From the NCBI GenBank assembly GCA_003228915.1, contig QIGL01000052.1, positions 13,090 to 77,089 of the forward strand: a DNA stretch of 64,000 nucleotides, given 5' to 3'. The notes beneath the pieces are model-generated. The model did no database searches, had not been told where the DNA came from, and worked only from the letters and a program-made list of their open reading frames with translations. How positions within the stretch are numbered: position 1 is the first letter of the stretch; each line of letters opens with the position of its first letter. Positions 1-9,096 of the stretch are shown in pieces. The DNA comes from Acidiferrobacteraceae bacterium. Lineage in GTDB: Bacteria > Pseudomonadota > Gammaproteobacteria > Acidiferrobacterales > SZUA-150. The position numbers and the translations under genes are program-made.

Positions 1-823
1 TATTAAGTAGTAAGGTAGCGACTGTCATGGGGCCAACACCGCCTGGTACGGGCGTAATCCACGAAGCTCTTTTTTGGGCGCTGGCATAATCAACATCACC
101 CACCAACTGGCCGTCGGTTAAACGATTCATGCCGACATCAATTACAATGGCGCCGGATTTTATCCAGTCGCCGCTAACGATCTCAGCCTTACCAACACCT
201 ACCACCACAATATCGCCCTGGCCAACCTTGGCCGGTAAGTCTGTTGTAAACCGGTGGCAAGTCGTCACAGTGCAACCGGCCAGGAGTAATTCAAGTGACA
301 TGGGACGGCCAACGATATTTGAGGCGCCAACCACCACTGCATCTTTACCGCGTATGGTTTCGCCGGTACTTTCAAGCAAATGCATAATGCCATACGGGGT
401 GCAGGGACGAAGCAGGGGCATGCGCAGCACCAATCGGCCGACATTATAAGGATGAAAGCCATCAACATCTTTGTCGGGGCTAATACGCTCTATCACTGTT
501 TGCGGATCAATGTGTCGGGGCAGGGGTAATTGTACGAGAATGCCATCAATTGTCGGGTCAGTATTCAGCTCATCAATCAGGGCCAGTAAGGTGGCTTGCG
601 GGGTATCTTCAGTCAAATCGTGTGACACCGACTTAAAGTTCACCTGCTTGCAAGCCTTGCGTTTATTGCGCACATAAATCTCGGAAGCTGGATCGCTGCC
701 CACCACAATAACGGCCAGGCCTGGCACCCGTTTGCCAGCTTCGAGCCTGCCTGCAACACTGGTGGCAATAGATTCTCGTAATTGCGCGGCAATTTTTTTA
801 CCGTCGATTATGTTGGCTGGCAT
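1..823 (-). CDS. folD: Bifunctional methylenetetrahydrofolate dehydrogenase/cyclohydrolase FolD (3' end runs off the window start)
   Basis: My minus-strand translation from ATG (complement of 821-823) reads [20 protein letters not shown]...[11 protein letters not shown]...[18 protein letters not shown], typical FolD. Missing from the ORF track because there is no stop inside the window. Confidence 0.9.
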   Translation of the reverse strand, partial: MPANIIDGKKIAAQLRESIATSVAGRLEAGKRVPGLAVIVVGSDPASEIYVRNKRKACKQVNFKSVSHDLTEDTPQATLLALIDELNTDPTIDGILVQLPLPRHIDPQTVIERISPDKDVDGFHPYNVGRLVLRMPLLRPCTPYGIMHLLESTGETIRGKDAVVVGASNIVGRPMSLELLLAGCTVTTCHRFTTDLPAKVGQGDIVVVGVGKAEIVSGDWIKSGAIVIDVGMNRLTDGQLVGDVDYASAQKRASWITPVPGGVGPMTVATLLLN

Positions 824-1006
824 GATTTTAGTATTTCCATCGGTCTAGACACGGGACGCCGCATAATGGCATGGGTCAGGTGTTTAGGCCAAGGCATTAA
901 ACGGGCATTTTGCTGGTGTTTGAGCGTTGCGTTTACACTTTCAGCAACGTATATTTCACGCCCTTGCGAAATACCAGGCAAGGACATTAGTTTTTAGGCA
1001 AGTATT

Positions 1007-1083
1007 CGGGGTATAGCGCAGTCTGGTAGCGCGCCTGCTTTGGGAGCAGGATGTCGGGAGTTCGAATCTCTCTACCCCGACCA
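1007..1083 (+). tRNA. tRNA-Pro (anticodon TGG)
   Basis: Cloverleaf read by eye: acceptor cggggta/taccccg, anticodon loop TTTGGGA, T-loop gttcgaatc, encoded CCA. Confidence 0.9.
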
Positions 1084-1159
1084 TTTTCTTGAGATACTAC
1101 TCAGTTGATCATCAGGTTAAATGCCCGGATAAGACATTGCACTATTTTCAAGTAGTTTA

Positions 1160-1236
1160 GCGCCCGTAGCTCATTTGGATAGAGCATCGGCCTTCTAAGC
1201 CGAGGGTAGCAGGTTCGAATCCTGCCGGGCGCGCCA
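1160..1236 (+). tRNA. tRNA-Arg (anticodon TCT)
   Basis: Acceptor gcgcccg/cgggcgc, anticodon loop CTTCTAA, T-loop ttcgaat, CCA end. Confidence 0.9.
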
Positions 1237-1303
1237 TCTAACAGATTTTATTGTATGACTGTGGTATCTATATAAGGAAACAGTATAAACTGCATTGAAT
1301 TAT

Positions 1304-1380
1304 GGTGAGCGTAGCTCAGTTGGTAGAGCCCCGGATTGTGATTCCGGTCGTCGAGGGTTCAAGTCCCTTCGTTCACCCCA
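1304..1380 (+). tRNA. tRNA-His (anticodon GTG)
   Basis: Extra 5' G(-1) typical of bacterial tRNA-His, anticodon loop ATTGTGA, T-loop ttcaagt, CCA end. Confidence 0.9.
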
Positions 1381-1407
1381 TTTTACAGGTACCATCCATT
1401 TAGAAAT

Positions 1408-1483
1408 GGGCCGTTAGCTCAGTTGGTAGAGCAGCGGACTCTTAATCCGCGGGTCGTAGGTTCGATCCCTACACGGCCCACCA
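1408..1483 (+). tRNA. tRNA-Lys (anticodon CTT)
   Basis: Acceptor gggccgt/acggccc, anticodon loop CTCTTAA, T-loop ttcgatc, CCA end. Confidence 0.9.
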
Positions 1484-1495
1484 TTTCAGTTATCC

Positions 1496-1517
1496 ACCCC
1501 CGTATAGGGGGTTTTTA
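1496..1517 (+). terminator. Rho-independent terminator after the tRNA cluster
   Basis: Hairpin cccccGTATAggggg followed by a T-run. Two more gggtttttat modules follow within about 40 nt. Confidence 0.5.
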
Positions 1518-1605
1518 TTCTGGCGGGTTTTTATTTTGCCGGGTTTTTATATTTTTTCGCACGATAAATTAAAGCGCTTTGCGCTTGATGTTTATTGGTA
1601 CGCTT

Positions 1606-2355
1606 TTAAACGTCAACGTACACCCACTTTTCCTGAATCCGCTTAAGCACCTGCTCCAGTGCTGAGGGCACGACCTCGACCCCGGGCAATAATGTTACCT
1701 CAACGCCTTTGTCTTCTTTTAAGCGACGAATGGTTTTATTGCACGCCAGGAAAGTTAAGTTATCGTAGCGTGTCATCAGGTCCTTTATCCGTTGACCTGC
1801 CGGTGTAATGTCGGCCCGTAATATATTTAACGCGGAAGAATGCACAATTATTTCAAGATTTAATGTTCTGTTGTTTTGCTCATATTTTAATAAGAGCTGC
1901 TCGATATCATCCAGTGTTGCAATTAACTGGGCAGGATTTTTTTCAATGCGAAGAATCGCATTGGTTGCTTTATCATTGACGCTGGCATGGACAAACTCTT
2001 GCAGAGAATAAAAGCTCTTCAAATTATCGGACGTTGCCGGCTGTATAATTGCAGGGCTCTGCAATAACCAACCTGCGGACAAACCCACAACAATGAGCAA
2101 ACTGGCAGCGATGGCCAGGAACGACGCAGGTAAATTATACGCCCGGTTTATTCGTTTTACTATTGAGGTTTTTGTATCGGTATTTCGGTACGCCGAGCGA
2201 TACAAGCCGCGGATTTCGCGCATTACATTAATATCATCACGTAATCTGGCATTATGCAGCATAGCCTGTTCTATGCGATCAGCATGTTCCTCGGTCATTT
2301 CGCCATCAATGTAGGCGCAAATTTCTTCCCTGGTATATTTAGATCCTGTAGTCAT
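1606..2355 (-). CDS. Membrane-spanning anti-sigma factor candidate with a C-terminal DsrE-like periplasmic domain
   Basis: Lies directly downstream of the ECF sigma gene. Has a short N-terminal cytoplasmic segment, one TM helix (LPASFLAIAASLLIVVGLSAGWLL), and a C-terminal ~110 aa that aligns by eye with the DsrE-like proteins at 3208 and 40035. Confidence 0.7.
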   Translation of the reverse strand: MTTGSKYTREEICAYIDGEMTEEHADRIEQAMLHNARLRDDINVMREIRGLYRSAYRNTDTKTSIVKRINRAYNLPASFLAIAASLLIVVGLSAGWLLQSPAIIQPATSDNLKSFYSLQEFVHASVNDKATNAILRIEKNPAQLIATLDDIEQLLLKYEQNNRTLNLEIIVHSSALNILRADITPAGQRIKDLMTRYDNLTFLACNKTIRRLKEDKGVEVTLLPGVEVVPSALEQVLKRIQEKWVYVDV

Positions 2356-2425
2356 TGTTAGTCTTCTCCATAAAATAAACTATTTTCAGAATAAATTATC
2401 TTAAGCAAATTGTTACGTCGTCAGC

Positions 2426-2980
2426 CTATATAACCCGATGTAAAGTTACCGGTCGGGCTAATACCGCATGATTACAATAATCCCTTAATTGTTTTCTTAA
2501 CCCATCTCTTGCCCGTGCTAACCTGCTGGTGACGGTACCCAGTGGTATCCCCAGTGCTTCAGCTACCTGCGGATAGGTATAACCTGCCAAATCAACCAGT
2601 GATAATACTTCCCGTTGATTTCTTGGCAAACGGGCAACTGCTGCCCGCACACGCCTTACAATTTCTTCTTTCTCCTGACCGTCTTCCGGTGCAAGTTCTT
2701 CAAACTCGTCGAGAGTATCAAAATCGTCATGTTTTTTTCGACGACGCAAGTAGTCGCGCCAACAGTTGGTCAGGATATCTATAATCCAGCGTTCCATTGC
2801 GTAGTTTTCTCGCAGTTGCCCCAGGTTTTTGTAGGCACGAGTTAAGGCCTCCTGGGTCAAATCGTCGGCAAGTACTTTATCGCCACACCACGAGAACGCG
2901 ATACTGTGCAGTTTCCGGCGTCGTTCTCCGAGGTTTTGTCGATAAAGCCGTGTACGACAAAGCCAGTCTAAAGGATTCAT
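2426..2980 (-). CDS. ECF-type RNA polymerase sigma factor (sigma-70 family)
   Basis: 184 aa. Region 2 (DDLTQEALTRAYKNL) and region 4 HTH (YPQVAEALGIPLGTVTSRLARARDGL) are recognisable. GGAGG RBS upstream. Confidence 0.9.
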   Translation of the reverse strand: MNPLDWLCRTRLYRQNLGERRRKLHSIAFSWCGDKVLADDLTQEALTRAYKNLGQLRENYAMERWIIDILTNCWRDYLRRRKKHDDFDTLDEFEELAPEDGQEKEEIVRRVRAAVARLPRNQREVLSLVDLAGYTYPQVAEALGIPLGTVTSRLARARDGLRKQLRDYCNHAVLARPVTLHRVI

Positions 2981-3001
2981 ATTTTTCCTCCCAACCTACC
3001 C

Positions 3002-3028
3002 AGACGCACTAGCATCAGCAATCGTTCC
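3002..3028 (-). promoter_or_regulatory. Candidate ECF-type promoter for sigma autoregulation (GGAAC-N17-CGTCT)
   Basis: Minus strand reads GGAAC gattgctgatgctagtg CGTCT. It ends about 20 nt upstream of the sigma start codon. Confidence 0.5.
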
Positions 3029-3076
3029 AAATATTTTCATAGTATTTTACCCGGTCATTATTCTTGAAATAAACAT

Positions 3077-3103
3077 GGATCGATTGCGTGATCTGGTGCG
3101 TCA
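3077..3103 (+). promoter_or_regulatory. Candidate ECF-type promoter for the DsrE-like/porin unit (GGATC-N17-CGTCA)
   Basis: Plus strand reads GGATC gattgcgtgatctggtg CGTCA. Near-copy of the minus-strand element at 3002-3028, including the GATTGC start of the spacer. Confidence 0.5.
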
Positions 3104-3207
3104 TTGTACTCCAAGTCACGGGTATTACCTGCCGATAATTTTATAATAATTCTAAATTCGACGGGCGTTGACGATAAGTACTATTCAATCATAAACAGGA
3201 GGAAACA

Positions 3208-3654
3208 ATGTATCGATCACTAATGGGAACGTTTGTCACATTGATGATGGCAATTGCACTCAGCACGAGCCCGGCGCTGGCGACAGCGGGGATAAATAGT
3301 GCTGAGAAGAAAATCGTGCTGCAAATTAGCGATGGCAGCCCTAAAAAACAGACACTGGTTTTAAATGTCGCCAAAAATCTTATTAAACATTATGGCATTG
3401 ATAACGTGAAGGTTGAGATCGTGGCCTTTGGCCCCGGGTTACGCCTGTTATTCAAAGACAATGTTAATAGTATCCGTGTGCAAAGTCTTTCTACCTACGG
3501 CGTTCAGTTTTCTGCTTGTCAAAACACCACTCGTGCGATGACAAAAATCCTGGGGTATGAGCCAGAGCTTAATGAATCAGCGGTGCCAGTGAAAGCGGGT
3601 GTCGCGCGCATTATTGAGTTGACGGAAAAAGGCTACACACTGGTACGGCCATAA
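3208..3654 (+). CDS. Secreted DsrE/DsrF-like family protein (COG1416-like)
   Basis: AGGAGG RBS, signal peptide (MMAIALSTSPALATA). Motifs VEIVAFGPG, FSACQNT and GYTLVRP resemble the uncharacterised DsrE-like family. Confidence 0.75.
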   Translation: MYRSLMGTFVTLMMAIALSTSPALATAGINSAEKKIVLQISDGSPKKQTLVLNVAKNLIKHYGIDNVKVEIVAFGPGLRLLFKDNVNSIRVQSLSTYGVQFSACQNTTRAMTKILGYEPELNESAVPVKAGVARIIELTEKGYTLVRP

Positions 3655-3712
3655 ATTCGAACTAATTTTAATTATAAATAATTATAAAAATATTTTTCAG
3701 GAGAGACATTCA

Positions 3713-5179
3713 ATGTATGTAATAAAAAAAACAGCGTTAGCCCTGGCTTACGCGGTACTAATGGCAGGCGTGGTTGCGACTACGCAAGCGGCAAACTGGA
3801 CCATGCTGCAGGGGACTGAACCTGCAGGCACTGCGCCACGAATTAAGGTCTGGGGTTTCATTCAACCTGTCTACGAGAAAGACACCAGCAAAAAAAATAA
3901 ATATGTGGGCACACCTGGTAATAATTTCGAGATGGTTGCGCCCAAGCTTATTGGTCCGAATTTTGAAACACAAGAAGGCTTTAACATTCGACGGGCTCGT
4001 CTCGGTGCCAGAGGTGCCGGATTACCGCTGGACAGTAATGTAAATTATTTCTTTTTGGCAGAATTTGGTAATAACCTTTTAACGCACGACACTGGTGGAG
4101 TCGTTCGACTCACCGATGCCAGCATTACCCTAAACCATGTGCCAGGCGCGCGCGTACGCATGGGTGCGTTTAAGGTGCCTACCTTTGAAGAAGGTTACCA
4201 GGCCATTCATGTATTTGATTACATCAACTTCACTGAAGTGGCCCAACAAATGATGATGGAGCGCTTCCCGAATAAACAATGGACGCCTAACCGGAACAAT
4301 ACAACGGGTTTTGCCTATACAGACGGCGATAATGAAACGGCTTTCAACGGTTTTAATAAACCTGTCGGTGCTTTTCGTGACGTGGGTGTCCAGGTATTTG
4401 ATTCCTTCAAGTTTGGTAGCTGGGACACAACTTATGCCGCCATGTACGGCAATGGTAATGGTGTTAATTTAGGGGACAACGATAAAAATAAAGACGTCTA
4501 TCTTTACCTGTCAACCGAATGGATATTCGGCGGTAAAGGCCCGCGCCGCCAGGGCTGGAAGTTCTTTGTCTGGGGGCAGGATGGCAAGCGTACCTTGTAT
4601 AACCCGGATACCCCCAGGGCAGGTGGTCCTGGCACTGACAATGAGCCAGGTGGAAAACAGGAATACAGCCGTAAGCGTTATGGCATCGGTACTAAATTTA
4701 ACAACGGCCTGTTTCGTGTCACAACCGAATACTTGCAAGGTAAAGGCATGATTTTCCTGGGCCCGGATAACCCGACATTCACCATGACGGCACCGACTGG
4801 TGCCGGCGGTTGTGTTGCCGGCGACCCGAATAACGTATGCCCGTTATTAGCAGATGGCCGTAAAGGTGAATCGGCAGGTTATTATATCGACTTGGGCTGG
4901 TATATCCCGAGTACTGCGTGGGAGCTGGACGTGCGTTATGACTTCTATGATCGGTTGACCGATGCCGAGAAACTGGCAGGTCCTTGTGCTTTTAATTTTG
5001 AATTCAAGACCCTGACCGTTGGCACCAATTACCATTTAAAGAGCCGCATTACGGTAAACGCGGCAAAACGTGACTTTAAGTCCGTGGATTGTCCGGATGC
5101 GGGTCCTGGTGGCAATCCGAACAATAATCTGGAAGGCATCGATATGCGCTATAGCGTGCAGTTAACACATATTTTCTAA
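3713..5179 (+). CDS. Outer-membrane beta-barrel porin candidate
   Basis: Signal peptide ending TTQA/AN, alternating beta-strand-like sequence, C-terminal aromatic residue (LTHIF). Confidence 0.7.
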   Translation: MYVIKKTALALAYAVLMAGVVATTQAANWTMLQGTEPAGTAPRIKVWGFIQPVYEKDTSKKNKYVGTPGNNFEMVAPKLIGPNFETQEGFNIRRARLGARGAGLPLDSNVNYFFLAEFGNNLLTHDTGGVVRLTDASITLNHVPGARVRMGAFKVPTFEEGYQAIHVFDYINFTEVAQQMMMERFPNKQWTPNRNNTTGFAYTDGDNETAFNGFNKPVGAFRDVGVQVFDSFKFGSWDTTYAAMYGNGNGVNLGDNDKNKDVYLYLSTEWIFGGKGPRRQGWKFFVWGQDGKRTLYNPDTPRAGGPGTDNEPGGKQEYSRKRYGIGTKFNNGLFRVTTEYLQGKGMIFLGPDNPTFTMTAPTGAGGCVAGDPNNVCPLLADGRKGESAGYYIDLGWYIPSTAWELDVRYDFYDRLTDAEKLAGPCAFNFEFKTLTVGTNYHLKSRITVNAAKRDFKSVDCPDAGPGGNPNNNLEGIDMRYSVQLTHIF

Positions 5180-5197
5180 GGAAACTCAGATCAATAT

Positions 5198-5308
5198 ATG
5201 TTTGTCATTCCGATGTTTGTCATTCCGACCGAAGTGGAGGAATCTTGTAATTTCCTGATACTACTAAAGTTCCGTGGGTTGAGATCTCTCCACTGCGGTC
5301 GAGATGAC
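5198..5308. repeat. Small palindromic (REP/MITE-like) element
   Basis: 15-bp tandem atgtttgtcattccg x2 (5198-5227). Imperfect inverted repeat gtcattccgaccgaagtggaggaatct (5219-5245) versus agatctctccactgcggtcgagatgac (5282-5308). Confidence 0.6.
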
Positions 5309-5353
5309 AATTAATCAGAGCTTTCCTGGGTTTGTCTGCCCGGGCCATCTAAA

Positions 5354-5380
5354 ACCCGGTCATCTGGCCGGGTTTTTTTT
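5354..5380 (+). terminator. Rho-independent terminator of the porin unit
   Basis: Stem acccgg/ccgggt with an 8-nt loop, followed by T8. Confidence 0.7.
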
Positions 5381-5450
5381 GGGTTTATCGATATTGAATT
5401 AATGCGCGAGTTATTTTAGCCGCGCCGACCTTAGATTTTTTTCCATCGTG

Positions 5451-5537
5451 GCGCTGGCTGTGGGGAACTGGTAGACGCGCTGGATTTAGGTTCCAGTGGG
5501 GTAACCCGTGGGAGTTCGACTCTCCCCATTCGCACCA
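5451..5537 (+). tRNA. tRNA-Leu (anticodon TAG), type II with long variable arm; acceptor stem imperfect
   Basis: Anticodon arm ctgga-TTTAGGT-tccag, variable arm ggg-GTAA-ccc, T-arm gggag-ttcgact-ctccc, CCA end. The 5' acceptor gcgCTGg opposes cATTcgc, leaving 3 central mismatches. Confidence 0.7.
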
Positions 5538-5654
5538 GATGACATAATTGGCTGATTTATCTGTTGGTTGTTATGCTTGATTCAATTAAAATATTGAGAA
5601 AAGTAAATAAATACAATTAGATATCAGTATTTTAAATATAATTTATAGGGTTTA

Positions 5655-6968
5655 TTGATGCAAGTCTCAGTTGAAAACACAGGCGCAATTGGTCGCCGTA
5701 TGACGGTTTCTCTTTCTCCAGACGCCTTCGAAAAAGCGTTCACAGCGCGTCTCAAGCGCATGTCAAAGCAGGTGAAGCTGCCAGGCTTTCGCCCCGGCAA
5801 GGTGCCGTTGAAGGTTGTAGAGGCTCAATACGGCAGCCAGCTCATCCAGGAGGTCACTGGCGAGCTGATTCAGACCAGTTTCCAGGAGGCGATTGGCAAA
5901 GAAGGGCTGCGACCTGCAGGTGGACCAAAAATTGACCCTAAAAATATAGAGCGGGGCAAAGACCTGGAATACGTGGCCGAATTTGATATTTACCCGGAGG
6001 TCAACAAGCAGGATCTGAGCGGTGAAACACTGGAGATACCTGTCTGTGAGATTCAGGACGATGATATTAAAGAAACCCTCAAGACCATGCAAAAACAACG
6101 AATGTTATGGCAACCGGTAGAGCGGGAAGCCAAAAACGATGACCAGGTGACGATTGATTTTGATGGCAAAATAGACGGTAAGGCATTTGACGGTGGTCAG
6201 GCTAGCGCTGTCCCCCTGGTGCTGGGTTCAGGGGCAATGATCCCCGGATTTGAAGAAGGCCTGCTGAAAGTAAAGGCGGGCGAACAAAAAGATGTCACGC
6301 TTACCTTTCCCAAGGACTACCAGGCATCCCATTTGGCTGGCAAAAAAGCAGTATTCTCGGTCAAAGTGCAGCAAGTGGCAGAAGGCCAGTTGCCTGAGTT
6401 GTCAGAAGATTTTGCAAAACAGTTTGGTGTTGAAAGCGGTAGTTTGGACGAGTTACGCCAGGGGATTAAAGATAATCTAAACCGTGAGGCGACAGTTCGT
6501 ATCAGGAATATCACCCGTGACAGGGTGCTTGAGGCATTATTAGCCGCCAATGATTTTGAGTTGCCACAAGGGATGATTGTTGAAGAAATGCAGCAAATAC
6601 GAACCGGACGGGCGCGCCAAAGACAGGAACAAGGCATGCCTGAAGTGGCAGATGAAAATGAAGGTGAATTGAACGATGCGGCCAGGCGCCGTGTCACACT
6701 TGGCTTGATCATTGGTGAAATTATCAACCAGAAAAACTTAAAACCAGGATCTTCTAAAGTACGCCAGCGGGTTGAAGAGCTCGCCTCAGGGTACGAAAAT
6801 CCGCCCGCCCTGATTGCCTGGTATTACGAAAAACCGGAACGGTTGCGCGAGATAGAATCGCTGGTTCTGGAGGAAGCCGTGGTTGATGCGGTTTTGGCCA
6901 CTGCCACCGTCAAGAATAGCATCATAGCTTTTAAGGAACTGGTTGCAGTTAACGCCGGTAAAAGCTAG
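5655..6968 (+). CDS. tig: Trigger factor
   Basis: 437 aa. N-terminal ribosome-binding motif GFRPGKVP, central FKBP-like PPIase region. Position upstream of clpP-clpX-lon. Confidence 0.95.
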   Translation: MMQVSVENTGAIGRRMTVSLSPDAFEKAFTARLKRMSKQVKLPGFRPGKVPLKVVEAQYGSQLIQEVTGELIQTSFQEAIGKEGLRPAGGPKIDPKNIERGKDLEYVAEFDIYPEVNKQDLSGETLEIPVCEIQDDDIKETLKTMQKQRMLWQPVEREAKNDDQVTIDFDGKIDGKAFDGGQASAVPLVLGSGAMIPGFEEGLLKVKAGEQKDVTLTFPKDYQASHLAGKKAVFSVKVQQVAEGQLPELSEDFAKQFGVESGSLDELRQGIKDNLNREATVRIRNITRDRVLEALLAANDFELPQGMIVEEMQQIRTGRARQRQEQGMPEVADENEGELNDAARRRVTLGLIIGEIINQKNLKPGSSKVRQRVEELASGYENPPALIAWYYEKPERLREIESLVLEEAVVDAVLATATVKNSIIAFKELVAVNAGKS

Positions 6969-7000
6969 CGTTAGGTAAACTGATAACCAACACATAACTT

Positions 7001-7648
7001 TTGAATCAACATATAAATAATGGTGCAGGCATGATGACCGATGATTTAGTGAAAGGACCACAAGCCCTTGGATTAGTGCCAATGGTGATTGAGACAACCG
7101 GCAAAGGCGAGCGGGCTTACGATATTTATTCTCGCATGCTCAAGGAGCGGGTTATTTTCCTGGTCGGGCCGGTCGAGGACTACATGTCTAATTTGATCGT
7201 GGCCCAGTTGTTGTTTCTTGAGTCCGAGAACCCGGATAAGGACATACATATCTATATCAACTCACCCGGCGGGGCCGTGACCGCGGGTTTGGCGATTTAT
7301 GACACTATGCAGTTCATAAAACCCGATGTCAGCACGGTTTGTATCGGCCAGGCCGCCAGTATGGGTGCGCTGTTGCTGGCCGGTGGCGCCAAAGGCAAGC
7401 GTTTCGCACTACCACACGCGCGTATGATGATTCACCAGCCCCTGGGGGGATTTCAGGGTCAGGCCACGGATGTTGATATTCATGCCCGGGAGATTCTGCG
7501 GGTTCGTGAGCGCCTGAACGAGATTCTGGCGGCCCATACAGAACAAAAACTTGAAAAAATTCAACAAGATACAGAACGTGATAACTTCCTGGAAGGGTCT
7601 GAGGCGGTGGAATTTGGCCTGATTGATAAAGTTATTGAAAAGCGTTAG
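7001..7648 (+). CDS. clpP: ATP-dependent Clp protease proteolytic subunit
   Basis: Motifs [14 protein letters not shown] and MIHQP. The true start is probably the ATG at 7031 (MMTDD...). Confidence 0.95.
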   Translation: MNQHINNGAGMMTDDLVKGPQALGLVPMVIETTGKGERAYDIYSRMLKERVIFLVGPVEDYMSNLIVAQLLFLESENPDKDIHIYINSPGGAVTAGLAIYDTMQFIKPDVSTVCIGQAASMGALLLAGGAKGKRFALPHARMMIHQPLGGFQGQATDVDIHAREILRVRERLNEILAAHTEQKLEKIQQDTERDNFLEGSEAVEFGLIDKVIEKR

Positions 7649-7797
7649 TCGGCCCAAACAGACATTTGAACAGCCATGTGATTTGTCTGTTTACTTGTAT
7701 GGGTACAGATGTGCTATAAATATATATAGAGAGAATGGTATAGGAAAGTGAATTGCAGGGTAAAAACGCGGGTTTTACCATCAAAAAATGAGGTGCA

Positions 7798-9096
7798 TTG
7801 ATGGCAGATGATCGAAATGACGGTGGCGATAATAAAAGCGAAAAGCTTTTATATTGCTCTTTTTGTGGCAAGAGTCAGCATGAAGTTCGGAAGCTGATCG
7901 CAGGCCCGTCTGTTTTTGTGTGTGATGAGTGCGTAGAACTCTGTAATGACATTATCCGCGAAGAAGTCGAAGAGGATGAAGAGTCTGCAGTTGGCAAGAG
8001 CCGCTTTCCCAAACCCCAGGAAATTTATCAAATTCTTGATGAGTACGTGATTGGCCAGTCAGACGCCAAAAAGGTGTTGTCGGTCGCTGTTTATAATCAC
8101 TACAAGCGTGTTGAGCATCAGGAGTCTGCTGCCGGTGATGTCGAGCTTTCCAAAAGTAATATCCTGCTTGTGGGTCCTACCGGTTCCGGCAAAACACTAT
8201 TGGCAGAAACGCTAGCGCGGTTGCTCAATGTCCCCTTTACCATTGCCGATGCCACGACACTGACCGAAGCCGGTTACGTGGGCGAAGATGTCGAAAATAT
8301 TATTCAGAAGCTGCTGCAAAAATGCGATTACGATGTCGATAAAGCACAGCGTGGCATTGTCTATATTGATGAGATCGATAAAATCTCGCGCAAATCAGAC
8401 AATCCTTCTATCACCCGGGATGTTTCGGGCGAGGGTGTCCAGCAGGCATTGCTGAAATTGATTGAAGGCACCATTGCCTCGGTACCGCCACAAGGTGGAC
8501 GCAAACACCCGCAACAGGAATTTCTGCAAGTAGACACGGGTGGAATTTTATTTATTTGCGGCGGCGCCTTTGCCGGCCTTGAGAAGGTAATCCAGGAGCG
8601 CTCCGAAAAAAGCAGTATTGGTTTTGGTGCCGATATTAAAACCAAATCTGAGAAAAAAAATATTGGTGAAATATTGCGTGGCGTCGAGCCAGAAGATCTA
8701 ATTAGATATGGCCTGATACCGGAATTTGTTGGCCGCTTGCCGGTGATGGCAGTACTGGAAGAATTAAGCGAAGAATCATTGGTTAGAATTCTTACTGAAC
8801 CAAAAAATGCCCTGGCAAAACAGTTCCAGAAACTGTTTCGCCTGGAAGGGGTTGAGCTTGAAATCCGTGAAGACGCGTTACGCGCGGTTTCCAAGCGTGC
8901 CATGGACAGGAAAACCGGTGCCCGTGGTTTGCGATCCATTGTTGAGCATGCCCTGCTGGATATCATGTTTGATTTACCCTCTACGGACAATGTCGAAAAA
9001 GTGGTTATTGAGGCCAATGTGATTACTGACGGCGCCAGCCCGCTACTGATCTATTCTGACAGCGACAAAAAAGAGAAACGCGCTTCCTCAAACTGA
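7798..9096 (+). CDS. clpX: ATP-dependent Clp protease ATP-binding subunit ClpX
   Basis: N-terminal zinc finger [26 protein letters not shown], Walker [12 protein letters not shown]-type loop SIGFGA. Confidence 0.97.
   Translation: MMADDRNDGGDNKSEKLLYCSFCGKSQHEVRKLIAGPSVFVCDECVELCNDIIREEVEEDEESAVGKSRFPKPQEIYQILDEYVIGQSDAKKVLSVAVYNHYKRVEHQESAAGDVELSKSNILLVGPTGSGKTLLAETLARLLNVPFTIADATTLTEAGYVGEDVENIIQKLLQKCDYDVDKAQRGIVYIDEIDKISRKSDNPSITRDVSGEGVQQALLKLIEGTIASVPPQGGRKHPQQEFLQVDTGGILFICGGAFAGLEKVIQERSEKSSIGFGADIKTKSEKKNIGEILRGVEPEDLIRYGLIPEFVGRLPVMAVLEELSEESLVRILTEPKNALAKQFQKLFRLEGVELEIREDALRAVSKRAMDRKTGARGLRSIVEHALLDIMFDLPSTDNVEKVVIEANVITDGASPLLIYSDSDKKEKRASSN

Noticed and set aside
3167-3196. 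Sigma-70 promoter TTGACG-N17-ATAAAC directly before the DsrE-like gene
   Set aside because: The -10 is poor and would place the transcription start on top of the RBS. The ECF-type element at 3077..3103 is a better-supported candidate.
8361-9017. 218-aa minus-strand ORF inside clpX, and similar long antisense ORFs inside the exporter (42989..43771), cheA (57031..57582) and the MCP gene (59218..59754)
   Set aside because: Each lies fully within and antisense to a confidently identified gene. The sequences are Ser/Pro/Arg-rich, as is typical of antisense frames.
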